In this document: piece after piece, positions 20,060 through 33,536 of the stretch
Numbering within the stretch: the stretch's first letter is position 1
Layout of the letters: every line of letters begins with the position of its first letter
Origin: an uncultured Acidobacteriota bacterium
GTDB taxonomy: Bacteria > Acidobacteriota > Blastocatellia > RBC074
DNA: 64,000 bases
Assembly (NCBI GenBank): GCA_963796275.1
Contig: CAWCKY010000003.1
Coordinates: forward strand, 1,600,001-1,664,000
Direction: 5' to 3'
Notes under the pieces: generated by a model
Databases searched by the model: none
Seen by the model: the letters and a program-made list of their open reading frames with translations, nothing else
Told to the model about the DNA's origin: nothing
Made by a program: the position numbers and the translations under genes

Positions 20060-20626
20060 TCATTTATCTTTGAAATCTCCCTCTTCTTCCTCGGGGTGTA
20101 CGAGTCGATTTATTGCTTTAATTATTCCGCGGCGGTGGCGGCGCGCATTGATCTGCCTCGACCATGCGCAGAAGAGCTGGGACATCTGCTGCTGAGTTTC
20201 CGCGATATCCAGCATCATCCGGTCAAATTTCATCGTTATGCCGGCGGCTTCCATCTCCACTGGCGCGATCTTGAGATGGAGGGTCGGGCAGGACGTGCCT
20301 GGATGGAATTGGGCAGTCACATCATCACTGCTGAATTTGGCGGGCACATCTTCCAGATCAATGCCGGAGAACTCGGCCAGTTTCACGCGCGCGCCCTCGG
20401 AGATCGTAAAAACCAAGGTTCCGGTAATCGTGTCGTCATCGTTGGCTTGGGCAACGGTGAAAATCGCCATGCCGTCAATCGGCGACTTCTTTTCAGCAGA
20501 GATAAGTGTGGCGCGCGCAGTCTTCGGCTGAGTCGTGAAGATGACAGGGGTTGACTGCTGTCCGTAATAATCCGGAGCGAGCAAAAAGAGGGAGAACAGA
20601 AACACGCTTGAAATTCTTTTGCTCAT
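20060..20626 (-). CDS. Secreted hypothetical protein
   Basis: 188-aa ORF with signal peptide and two Cys; no family recognised. Confidence 0.65.
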   Translation of the reverse strand: MSKRISSVFLFSLFLLAPDYYGQQSTPVIFTTQPKTARATLISAEKKSPIDGMAIFTVAQANDDDTITGTLVFTISEGARVKLAEFSGIDLEDVPAKFSSDDVTAQFHPGTSCPTLHLKIAPVEMEAAGITMKFDRMMLDIAETQQQMSQLFCAWSRQINARRHRRGIIKAINRLVHPEEEEGDFKDK

Positions 20627-20756
20627 TTTCGCGACTACTCAGTTGAACCTGACCGGGGAATATCTCCCGCTGTGGCAAACAGCGGGGGATTAGATTGAAT
20701 TTTTATCAAGAAGTTGAAAAACGTCAAGCTTAGTCAGCATGAAAGGAACTTTAAGC

Positions 20757-20785
20757 TTGAAAAGGGTTTGCCGGCTGTGTATTCT
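20757..20785 (+). promoter_or_regulatory. Candidate sigma70 promoter for the mre operon
   Basis: TTGAAA-N17-TATTCT, about 435 nt upstream of mreB. Confidence 0.45.
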
Positions 20786-21220
20786 AGTCGACTGAGAGCG
20801 CAGCCGGAAGGGCTGCTGTTCTGTGCAAGCTCGACCAGAATCCCATGCGAGACTGCTGTTCATTTGCTGGGTTGCGGTGAGGAAAAATCCCCCCTTACAA
20901 TAGGGAGCGCGCCGGCACCGACTTCGCACCACCAGGCATTTTTCCACGTACAAATCATGGTTCTCAGCCAGTCAGGCTATAGATGAACAGAGTGGAAGAA
21001 TAAGCCGGAGAGCGGATGGAGGTTGAAAGGCTCGATAGAAACGACCTTATCAGCAGGGTTCGCAGCTCACTGCTTCAGTTAGCGCTCTTTTTACGATATG
21101 CTCGATAGGATTAGCTCGTCTGAGTGAAATCTGAGTGAAAATTCTTAGTGAAATTCTGAATAAATATTGATAACCGAAGGGGAGATGATCTTCATCGGGA
21201 AGGGTAACAGTGCAGTCTAA

Positions 21221-22264
21221 ATGAATCTACGCTCTATATTCAGCCTGTTTTCCAGCGACCTGGCGATCGACCTCGGTACTGCGAATACTCTGGTCTTCGC
21301 CCGGGGCCGCGGCATCGTTGTTTCCGAACCCTCGATAGTCGCCATCAACAAAATCTCCCACAAAGTCGAAGCGGTCGGCAACAAAGCCAAGGAGATGTTG
21401 GGTCGCACCCCGGGGAATATCGTCGCCATCCGGCCCATGAAGGACGGAGTGATCGCTGATTTCGAGGTAACCGAGAAGATGCTGCAGTACTTCATCCAGC
21501 AGGCTCACAACGGCAAGCAATGGGTCAGCCCGCGCATCGTTATCGGCATCCCTTCGGAGATAACTCAGGTTGAGCGTCGTGCAGTCGAAGATAGCGCCTA
21601 CCGCGCCAAGGCATCCGAGGTATATCTGGTAGAAGAAGCGATGGCGGCGGCCATTGGCGCGGGCCTTCCGATCACCGAGCCGCACGGAAATATGATCGTC
21701 GATATCGGCGGCGGAACGACCGATATCGCGGTGATTTCGCTCTCGGGAATCGTCTACTCCAAGAGCGTTCGGGTGGCGGGAAACGAGATGGACGAATCGA
21801 TCACGCAGTACATCAAGCGCAAATACAATCTGCTCATCGGCGAACGCACCGCCGAGCAGATCAAGATGGAGATCGGTTCGGCGGCCCCGCTCGATGAACC
21901 CAGGATCCTCGAGATCAAAGGGCGCAACCTGATCGAGGGGATTCCAAAAACGATCACTGTGAGCGATGAAGAGATACGGGAGGCGCTGGCAGACTCGGTC
22001 GCGACTATCATCAATGCCGTCCGCGTCGCGCTCGAACGTACCCCGCCCGAGCTTTCGGCCGACATCGTAGATCGGGGAATCGTGCTCACCGGCGGCGGTT
22101 CGTTACTCAAGAAACTCGATGTGCGTTTGATGCAGGAGACGGGGTTGCCCGTCTCAATGGCAGAAGACCCGCTCTCATCCGTCGTACTAGGTGCAGGAGC
22201 AATGCTGTCGGATTTCGACCTGCTGCGCCGCGTACGCTGGGATGGCGCGACACTGCCATCCTAA
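21221..22264 (+). CDS. mreB: Rod shape-determining protein MreB
   Basis: AIDLGTANT, RPMKDGVIADF, VDIGGGTT and TPPELSADI. Confidence 0.98.
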   Translation: MNLRSIFSLFSSDLAIDLGTANTLVFARGRGIVVSEPSIVAINKISHKVEAVGNKAKEMLGRTPGNIVAIRPMKDGVIADFEVTEKMLQYFIQQAHNGKQWVSPRIVIGIPSEITQVERRAVEDSAYRAKASEVYLVEEAMAAAIGAGLPITEPHGNMIVDIGGGTTDIAVISLSGIVYSKSVRVAGNEMDESITQYIKRKYNLLIGERTAEQIKMEIGSAAPLDEPRILEIKGRNLIEGIPKTITVSDEEIREALADSVATIINAVRVALERTPPELSADIVDRGIVLTGGGSLLKKLDVRLMQETGLPVSMAEDPLSSVVLGAGAMLSDFDLLRRVRWDGATLPS

Positions 22265-22271
22265 TGTAACG

Positions 22272-22628
22272 GATAATTGATGATGAAGATTGATAATGGC
22301 ACCCTAAAGCCCACGGGTCACTATCATCCAACCATGATCAATATTTATATTTGTTATAATTGATAATGGGTGATTGATAATGACAAGACGATTGCCCACC
22401 GGTCAATATCAACCAGTCGTTATCGATTATCTCTTATGAATGATTGATAATTGGTGGTTGATAATGACAAGAAGATTTTCCTCCAGTCACTATCAACTGT
22501 TATTATCAATTATCTGTTTTATAATTGTTTATAATTGAGGTAATTGGTATGTGGAAATTGATAATGACGAGACGACTGCCCACCGGTCACTATCAACTAG
22601 CCATTATCAATTATCCAACTATCGATTA
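22272..22628. repeat. Four tandem AT-rich hairpin units between mreB and mreC
   Basis: Cores TTGATAATG(A/G)C at 22290, 22374, 22458 and 22558, each followed about 17 nt later by GTCA(C/A)TATCA. Confidence 0.85.
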
Positions 22629-22633
22629 ATCTT

Positions 22634-23563
22634 GTGTCGATCGCTGACAGGGCCAAGGATAGAGCTAAGAAGAACCCGACGTGGCTATTGGGAATGTTAT
22701 TGGCCGCGCACCTTATCGCCGTTTCGCTCAACCGTGCGCCGAACCGCCCTGATTTGTGGATAATACAGGCGGTCTTGATTTCGGCTGTCGCGCCCGTACA
22801 ATCCGTGATGGCCCATTCGATCTCCTGGATCAAGACTGGATGGACCAACTATTTCTCATTGCGCGATGCGCGATCGGAGAACGAAAAACTGAGGAGCGAG
22901 CGCGCGCAGTTCGAACGAGATAACCGGGAATTGCGTGAGAAGGTCAGAATGATGGAGCAGGTAGCGGCCCTCAGAGATTGGCAATCAGTCTCAAATTTCG
23001 ATGGCGTCCAGGCGCGCGTCATCGCACGGGATGCCAATCTATTGTTCAACACGATCATTGTCGATCAGGGGTTGACCAGTGGGGTCGTTAAAGATCAGCC
23101 GGTAGTTACGGCAGACGGGCTGGTCGGCCGCGTTATCAACTCGTACCCGTTTGCGGCTCAGGTATTGCTGATTACTGATGAAAGGCACGGTGCCGGGGCG
23201 ATCATCGGGCAAACGGTAGAGGGGCGATCTCTCGGCGTGGTAAACGGAAAGAAAGAGTATCTTTGTGAATTCAGGTTTATCGACCCTCCGAAGGTGGTCG
23301 AAAACGGAGAGCAGGTAATTACTTCGGGGCAGGATGGAATTTATCCGAAGGGACTATTGATTGGTCGCGTCAAGAAGATAGACGGGGGAGTTGTTGTCAT
23401 GCCGCAGGCTGTCGAGCTAGAGCCGGCAGCACAACTCGGAAGGCTTGAGACGGTATCGATCCTGAAGATCCAACCGAATCAGGTTCGTCAACCCATCAAT
23501 GAGTTGACCGGCGGAAAACTAAAGCAGGGAAACGTAGCGCCTGATTTAAGAGGTAGTCGGTAG
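22634..23563 (+). CDS. mreC: Rod shape-determining protein MreC
   Basis: TM plus coiled coil, GLVGRV, TSGQDGIYPKGLLIG; operon position. Confidence 0.95.
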   Translation: MSIADRAKDRAKKNPTWLLGMLLAAHLIAVSLNRAPNRPDLWIIQAVLISAVAPVQSVMAHSISWIKTGWTNYFSLRDARSENEKLRSERAQFERDNRELREKVRMMEQVAALRDWQSVSNFDGVQARVIARDANLLFNTIIVDQGLTSGVVKDQPVVTADGLVGRVINSYPFAAQVLLITDERHGAGAIIGQTVEGRSLGVVNGKKEYLCEFRFIDPPKVVENGEQVITSGQDGIYPKGLLIGRVKKIDGGVVVMPQAVELEPAAQLGRLETVSILKIQPNQVRQPINELTGGKLKQGNVAPDLRGSR

Positions 23564-23661
23564 GCGGTGGGGGCAAAACTACAACGGCCTTTGAACCCAC
23601 AAACGAAGACCGCATACCTCTGGTTGAAAACTAAGAATTTGAGCCTTACGGAAGAGCATCG

Positions 23662-24231
23662 TTGGAGAAAGAATCTCGCGGTTCGTCGTTGAAAATATTG
23701 GGCTGCCTTTTGCTAGCCGCTTTCTTGCAGACCACTCTGGTCCAGCACGTTCCCGAATCGATCGGTCGCGCGCTGGGCAACGTCGACTGGCTTCTACTGG
23801 TGACGGTTTATGTAGGTTTGCAGCGCGATCCGATCAGATCGTTGCTGACGGGAACGGTGGCAGGGCTGCTTTTCGATTCATTCTCCGGCGCGAAAGCCGC
23901 CGTTGGCGTGAGCGGGTTGGCTTATGTGCTCGTGGCTTATATCACGCACAGGATCGTTGCCTTTATCGTTGTTGACAATGTGCTGGTGAGAGTGCTGGCT
24001 GTGGCCGTAGCGACCGTAGTCAATACCGGCGTTCGCTTTCTCTTCTACTGGTTGCTCAAGATCGAACTCCCGGTTCTGGCTGGTGGAGGGACTATTGCAC
24101 CCGCTATAGTCTTCGGGCTTTTCGCCAATCTCATTGCCTCAATCCTGCTCTATATACTCTTAGACCGCGTCCTTCAGCGAAGATCGACTGTGCGTATGCG
24201 CCGCAATGAGGCGCGACGGAGAAGAATATGA
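23662..24231 (+). CDS. mreD: Rod shape-determining protein MreD
   Basis: Hydrophobic 189-aa protein with AGLLFD, between mreC and mrdA. Confidence 0.9.
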   Translation: MEKESRGSSLKILGCLLLAAFLQTTLVQHVPESIGRALGNVDWLLLVTVYVGLQRDPIRSLLTGTVAGLLFDSFSGAKAAVGVSGLAYVLVAYITHRIVAFIVVDNVLVRVLAVAVATVVNTGVRFLFYWLLKIELPVLAGGGTIAPAIVFGLFANLIASILLYILLDRVLQRRSTVRMRRNEARRRRI

Positions 24232-24282
24232 GGACGGAAGCGGGAAGGCGGAGGTTACATCTGACTTCCCGATGAATTTTTG

Positions 24283-26292
<2,010 letters not shown>

Positions 26293-26380
26293 AGAGATTT
26301 CATTTTCCAGGTTAACGAACCGATCAATGCCGGTTGCGTTAACGGGCATCTAATGGAAAATGGAAGGTGGAAGATGAGAT

Positions 26381-27481
26381 ATGTTATTCGGTATTACCCG
26401 CAGATATCTGGCTGATTTCGACTGGGTTTTGTTCGGGACAGCGTTTTTCATCACCGCTTTCGGTGTGATCGAGATATCGAGTGCGGAGCCGACGCCGGGC
26501 ATGTGGCGACGGCAGATGGTTGGAATAGTGATCGGATTGATCGTGTTCTTTGTGTTGACGGCGTTCGATTACCGTAGGATCGCCAGTATCGCGCCATATC
26601 TCTATCTGGTCGGGGTTGTCTTATTATTGTTGGTATTGACGCCGTTGGGGAAAGAGGTCAACGGGAATCGGAGCTGGCTCTATTTCGGTTCATTCGGATT
26701 TCAACCTTCGGAGTTTGCCAAAATATTCACGATACTTTATCTGGCTTATTACCTGTCGGGTGTCAAGAAGCGCCCGCTTGACCTGCGAACGGTGGTGATA
26801 ACCGGATTGATCTGGGCTCTGCCTACCGTGCTCGTTTTTATGGAGAACGACACAGGGAGTGCGCTCAGTTATACATCGATTATCGCGGCCATGCTTTTCC
26901 TGACCGGTGTGCGTTGGAGCTGGCTCGCGGCTGCAGCAGGAGTGATCGTGCTAGCGTTGTTTATCTCTGTGCCGTACATCAAGGAGTGCAAGAGTTACAA
27001 GTGCGAGCGCGTGAAAGCAGTCTACTGGCCTGATTTGGCTGAGAAAAAATTCCGATACCAGAACGAACAATCGGAGATCGCAGTCGGGTCAGGCGGTTTT
27101 CTTGGGAAGGGATTGGGCGGAAGCACACAGGGACCGCTCGGCTTCGTGCCGGAGGTCCAGACAGATTTCATATACGCCGTAGCAAGTGAGGAGACGGGAT
27201 TCTTAGGCAGTTTCGCGTCATTGTCGGCATATCTGTTGATCGTCATCCGATTGATTCAGATCGCACGAAGAGCGCGCGATCGGGTTGGCCTTCTGCTGGT
27301 TGCCGGATTTGCAGCACTGCTGCTTTATCACGTGACTGTCAACGTCGGAATGGTGATCAGATTACTACCGATCATGGGCATCCCGTTACCCCTTATGAGC
27401 TTCGGCTCAACGTCAGTCGTGGCTACTTGCATTGGCCTCGGACTGGCGATCAGCGTGCGCCTGCGCAGGTTTGTCAATTAA
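26381..27481 (+). CDS. rodA: SEDS glycosyltransferase RodA
   Basis: FQPSEFAK, AVGSGG, PEVQTDFI and GIPLPLMSFG. Confidence 0.95.
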   Translation: MLFGITRRYLADFDWVLFGTAFFITAFGVIEISSAEPTPGMWRRQMVGIVIGLIVFFVLTAFDYRRIASIAPYLYLVGVVLLLLVLTPLGKEVNGNRSWLYFGSFGFQPSEFAKIFTILYLAYYLSGVKKRPLDLRTVVITGLIWALPTVLVFMENDTGSALSYTSIIAAMLFLTGVRWSWLAAAAGVIVLALFISVPYIKECKSYKCERVKAVYWPDLAEKKFRYQNEQSEIAVGSGGFLGKGLGGSTQGPLGFVPEVQTDFIYAVASEETGFLGSFASLSAYLLIVIRLIQIARRARDRVGLLLVAGFAALLLYHVTVNVGMVIRLLPIMGIPLPLMSFGSTSVVATCIGLGLAISVRLRRFVN

Positions 27482-27617
27482 TGAGCTTGCCGGTAGGCGG
27501 CTGTCGGTTTGCATATTATCGAAATAATCACGCACTAGATTTTGCGAACCGACGGCTGACGAGCGGCAAACGGATTGATCGCGCACGCGTATAAAGGTTT
27601 TCCAATGATCATAATTT

Positions 27618-27745
27618 TACACCGCGAAGGCAGCGCTCTCGTCAGTGACGAGAAAGCGCGCGGGAGCGGTGTAGACCCAGCCGGCGTGCATTCATGAGTC
27701 TATCTTGTTATACAAGCGCTGGAGTCATCTATCCGCACCCGGCTG
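27618..27745 (+). promoter_or_regulatory. Structured 5' leader of rne (two long hairpins)
   Basis: TACACCGC...GCGGTGTA (27618-27673) and CAGCCGG...CCGGCTG (27678-27745), followed by AGGAGA RBS. Confidence 0.55.
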
Positions 27746-27765
27746 AAAAAGACAGGAGATTTTAA

Positions 27766-30517
<2,752 letters not shown>

Positions 30518-30530
30518 TTGAAACGGAAGG

Positions 30531-30660
30531 AGGGGGGCATTTATCATTTAACATTTGTAATTTAACATTTTACATTGAAGAGAAGAAATGAAATGCAATT
30601 CACCGAATTTCTTCAATGTAAAATGTTAAATTACAAATGTTAAATGATAAATGCCCCCCT
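30531..30660. repeat. Perfect 51-bp inverted repeat built from CATTT(T/A)A-type heptamers, between convergent genes (possible bidirectional terminator)
   Basis: 30531-30581 is the exact reverse complement of 30610-30660; 28-nt loop. Confidence 0.95.
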
Positions 30661-30684
30661 CTTCTTCCGTTTTTTCTGTCGTTG

Positions 30685-31347
30685 CTATCCTTCTGTCTTA
30701 CCGATCACGATCAAGCCAATTGCCAGCTCACCCGATTTCGTCGGGATTTTGGTTTCAAGTATCACATGCTCGTGGTCGTTCTTGATCAGTTTCGGCAGAC
30801 CCTCACCCGAGCTCACCGGCACCAGGCTCCAGACCGATGGGTGGAGTGTTCCAGAAGCGATGCGGCTGGCTTTCAACAAATCTTCGGTCTTCGATTGTGT
30901 TGCCGGATCCTTATCTTCCGCCGCCGGGGAGGCAAGCAGAAAGTCACGCGCTTCTGACACGCCCAGGTGGTTGCCGTCCTGAAGAATCAGCCCGTAGCGC
31001 AGAGTGTAAAATCCCGATTTTAAGTTTTGTCCGCGGAAGTCTATGGCGTCGGAAGTGAAGTTGATGACGCCTACCAAGGCTCCTTCAGCGATCTTTCCGA
31101 AGTTCGCTCCGGAGACTTCAGCCGTGGCCGTCGGAATCGATTTGGCAAACCATATATCGCAAATCGATTTGCCTTGATCATTTATCAGGCGTAGGCCTTT
31201 TGCATCGAGAGCCTTGCGCACGGCATCAGGAACTTTGGCGTCAGTTAACGGGCCGATCGATTCGACTTTGTAATTATCGAATTTATCAGCAAACGCTGCC
31301 GGCGAAAGAGCGATCAGCAGTAGAACGATGAAAGATCGAATCATCAT
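30685..31347 (-). CDS. Exported protein of unknown function, last gene of the Mo-hydroxylase cluster
   Basis: Signal peptide ending AFA; motif DFRGQ..SGFYTLRY..QDGNHLGVS..RDFLL. Confidence 0.8.
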   Translation of the reverse strand: MMIRSFIVLLLIALSPAAFADKFDNYKVESIGPLTDAKVPDAVRKALDAKGLRLINDQGKSICDIWFAKSIPTATAEVSGANFGKIAEGALVGVINFTSDAIDFRGQNLKSGFYTLRYGLILQDGNHLGVSEARDFLLASPAAEDKDPATQSKTEDLLKASRIASGTLHPSVWSLVPVSSGEGLPKLIKNDHEHVILETKIPTKSGELAIGLIVIGKTEG

Positions 31348-31371
31348 CAAACTTTAAACCCTCACAAAAAC

Positions 31372-31454
31372 AAAAACCACTGGAGACACGGGGACAACTA
31401 GGGAATAAGCTGGTTATTTCACAATTCCCTTTCCCCGTGTTCCCCGTGGTTTTT
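31372..31454. repeat. Intergenic palindrome (purine/pyrimidine arm type)
   Basis: aaaaaccactggagacacgggga pairs with tccccgtgttccccgtggttttt. Confidence 0.8.
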
Positions 31455-31481
31455 TCCGATCACCTAAAACGTCAGAGTGTA

Positions 31482-32156
31482 TCAGCGCGCGAAATGGCCG
31501 ACGAATGTGCTGCGCTTGCCTCGCAGAGTCCACACTGCGTCGAGGCCTTCGCCCTGGAACCGATCCAGCACAGCGACACCAGGCATCGAATGCGATGTCG
31601 CGGCGAGCGGAGGAAAGTACGCCTGCTCATGGCCGCAGATGCGATCCTTTGCCGTCAGACTCCGCGTGACGATATCAGCCATTTCCCCTGCCTTGAGGCG
31701 TCCGGCGCTCGGATGCTCGCCGTCATATTCGACTTCGATATTGATCGGCGCGGTCTCTGTCCGGACGACGGTTTTGAACAGGTCTCCCGCCATCGATTGC
31801 GCAAATGACGCCAGAGCTTGCCGCTGCGCTGCCGTCGCTCTCTCATCGACGATCAGGACAGCTTTAGCCGGATAAGGATTTTCGTAGGGATTGCCGAGCG
31901 TGCCTGAAGCCTTCGCCACACCGACTACGCTCAAACCATCGAGCTTCACGCCGTTCCATTCTCCCCGTTCAACTCGCCAGGCGAGGATCGCCTGATCTCC
32001 AACCAAGCCGATTTCAGAATTGGCAAAACAAGCGGCCGTATAAACGTCCGCATTGCGCGTTTCAATGTAATCACCGGAAATCTTCTGAGCCTGAGCTGCC
32101 GTTGCCAGCAAACACAGACCGAAACAAGTCGCGACTACGAATGATATTCTTTTCAT
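31482..32156 (-). CDS. Exported DUF1326-like protein
   Basis: Signal MKRISF...AQA; GDYIETRNADVYTAACFANSE, WRVERGEWNGVKLDGL, LIVDERATAAQRQAL and CGHE. Confidence 0.8.
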   Translation of the reverse strand: MKRISFVVATCFGLCLLATAAQAQKISGDYIETRNADVYTAACFANSEIGLVGDQAILAWRVERGEWNGVKLDGLSVVGVAKASGTLGNPYENPYPAKAVLIVDERATAAQRQALASFAQSMAGDLFKTVVRTETAPINIEVEYDGEHPSAGRLKAGEMADIVTRSLTAKDRICGHEQAYFPPLAATSHSMPGVAVLDRFQGEGLDAVWTLRGKRSTFVGHFAR

Positions 32157-32220
32157 ATTTGCCTTTCCTTCCAGATGAAAATGGTTGCTTGTAAATAGTG
32201 CCTTCCAGCTGGTGGCGTAG

Positions 32221-32454
32221 TCAAGCCAGGGTCGAATTTTGACAATGGCAGGAACGCCCCGGAGAGTCGCACTCAACCGGTTCAACCAGTTTCCCATCCG
32301 GCCCCAGGCAGGTCTGCGTGTAGAGACACCAGAAATAACCGCTATAGGACCGCTCCTGGGATGGATCCTGCTCGGCCCAGATGAACATCGATTTGGATCG
32401 CAGCGCCGAGCATAAGTTAGGACGATTTAAATCAAATCTTTCAGCGTCAGTCAT
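32221..32454 (-). CDS. 77-aa Cys-rich microprotein
   Basis: AGAGGAG RBS; six Cys (LCSALRSK, WCLYTQTCLGPDG, EC, RSCHC); co-oriented in the operon. Confidence 0.75.
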   Translation of the reverse strand: MTDAERFDLNRPNLCSALRSKSMFIWAEQDPSQERSYSGYFWCLYTQTCLGPDGKLVEPVECDSPGRSCHCQNSTLA

Positions 32455-32471
32455 TTAATCTCCTCTGGAAA

Positions 32472-32554
32472 CAGTTTTCAGTTTCCAGTTTTTAGTTTTC
32501 AGTCGTCGATCGAGACAGACCAACTGAAAACTGTAAACTGAAAACTGAAAACTG
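32472..32554. repeat. Heptamer-built inverted repeat (CAGTTTT)n...(AAAACTG)n
   Basis: cagttttcagtttccagtttttagttttcag followed by actgaaaactgtaaactgaaaactgaaaactg. Confidence 0.88.
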
Positions 32555-32558
32555 GCTT

Positions 32559-33536
32559 CTATCCCGCTGCCTGCAGAATCGCGCGTTTGACCGCGACTCG
32601 AGCCAGTTGAATCTTATAGGCATTGCGGCTGAGCGGCTGAGCGTTCGCTACCGCGATCTTGCCCGCCTCCGCAGCCACGTCCTCGCTGATGACCTTTCCG
32701 GCGAGAAACTGCGCAGCCTCATTCGCTACCCATGGGATCGGCGCGACGTGACCCATGACGATGCGCGCCGTTTTGACCTTCTTGCTCGAGTCGAGCGAGA
32801 ACGCCACCGATGCGGTCGCCAGAGGCCAGTCGAGAGATTCTTTCTGACGTACCTCGTATGTCGCGTTGCGTACGCCGGGAGCGCCAGGGATGGAGATCCC
32901 GGTCACGATCTCATTGGGCTTCAGATCGTATTCCCGGTCGCTCGCCGATTTCGGGATGACGAAGAATTTATCCGCATCGATCTCACGCTCGCCTCCGGGA
33001 CCGAAGACGATGATCTTTGCGCCGAGCGCGATGAATGCCGGCGCCAGGCTCGACGGACTGACAAAATGTGCGGGCCCGTCATTGCCGAAGATCGAGTGAT
33101 ATCGGTTGTCGCCGTTGGGAACCAGCGGCTCGCCGTTCTCGCCATTGGCGAGCAGACCGTAGCCGGCACGGTAGTACCAGCAGCGCGGACGCTGGCACAG
33201 GTCGCCGCCGACTGTGCCCATATTCCGGATCTGCGGGCTGGTGATACCCGATGCAGCATCTGTGACCGATGGGAGGTTTTTACCCAAGGCTTCGATCAGT
33301 TCGTCAATCGTCGTCAGCGCCCCGATGCGAGCCGACCCGTCGCGCGAGGCCTTGACGGCATCGAGCCCTTTGATGCTCTTGATGTTGACCACCCGCTTGG
33401 GCGTCACGATGAAGTCCTTCATCAGGCTGATCAGATCGGTCCCGCCTGCGAGGACTTCGGTCTCTCCCCAATTCTTGTCGAGAAGCGCGACCGCCTGTTC
33501 TTTTGTCGTCGGGCTGGCATACTCAAATTTTTGCAT
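32559..33536 (-). CDS. Molybdenum hydroxylase FAD-binding subunit (PaoB/YagS-like)
   Basis: LAGGTDL, IGALTT, PQIRNMGTVGGDLCQRPRC, VAPIPW and NAYK. Confidence 0.93.
   Translation of the reverse strand: MQKFEYASPTTKEQAVALLDKNWGETEVLAGGTDLISLMKDFIVTPKRVVNIKSIKGLDAVKASRDGSARIGALTTIDELIEALGKNLPSVTDAASGITSPQIRNMGTVGGDLCQRPRCWYYRAGYGLLANGENGEPLVPNGDNRYHSIFGNDGPAHFVSPSSLAPAFIALGAKIIVFGPGGEREIDADKFFVIPKSASDREYDLKPNEIVTGISIPGAPGVRNATYEVRQKESLDWPLATASVAFSLDSSKKVKTARIVMGHVAPIPWVANEAAQFLAGKVISEDVAAEAGKIAVANAQPLSRNAYKIQLARVAVKRAILQAAG

Noticed and set aside
22272-22628. CRISPR-like mini-array or cluster of Fur boxes
   Set aside because: The loops are related to each other and only about 17 nt; the GATAAT matches come from the heptamer family found throughout the window, not a 19-bp Fur palindrome
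32157-32297. Longer start for the DUF1326-like gene
   Set aside because: It would overlap the Cys-rich gene; the signal peptide and GGAAAGG RBS fit ATG 32156
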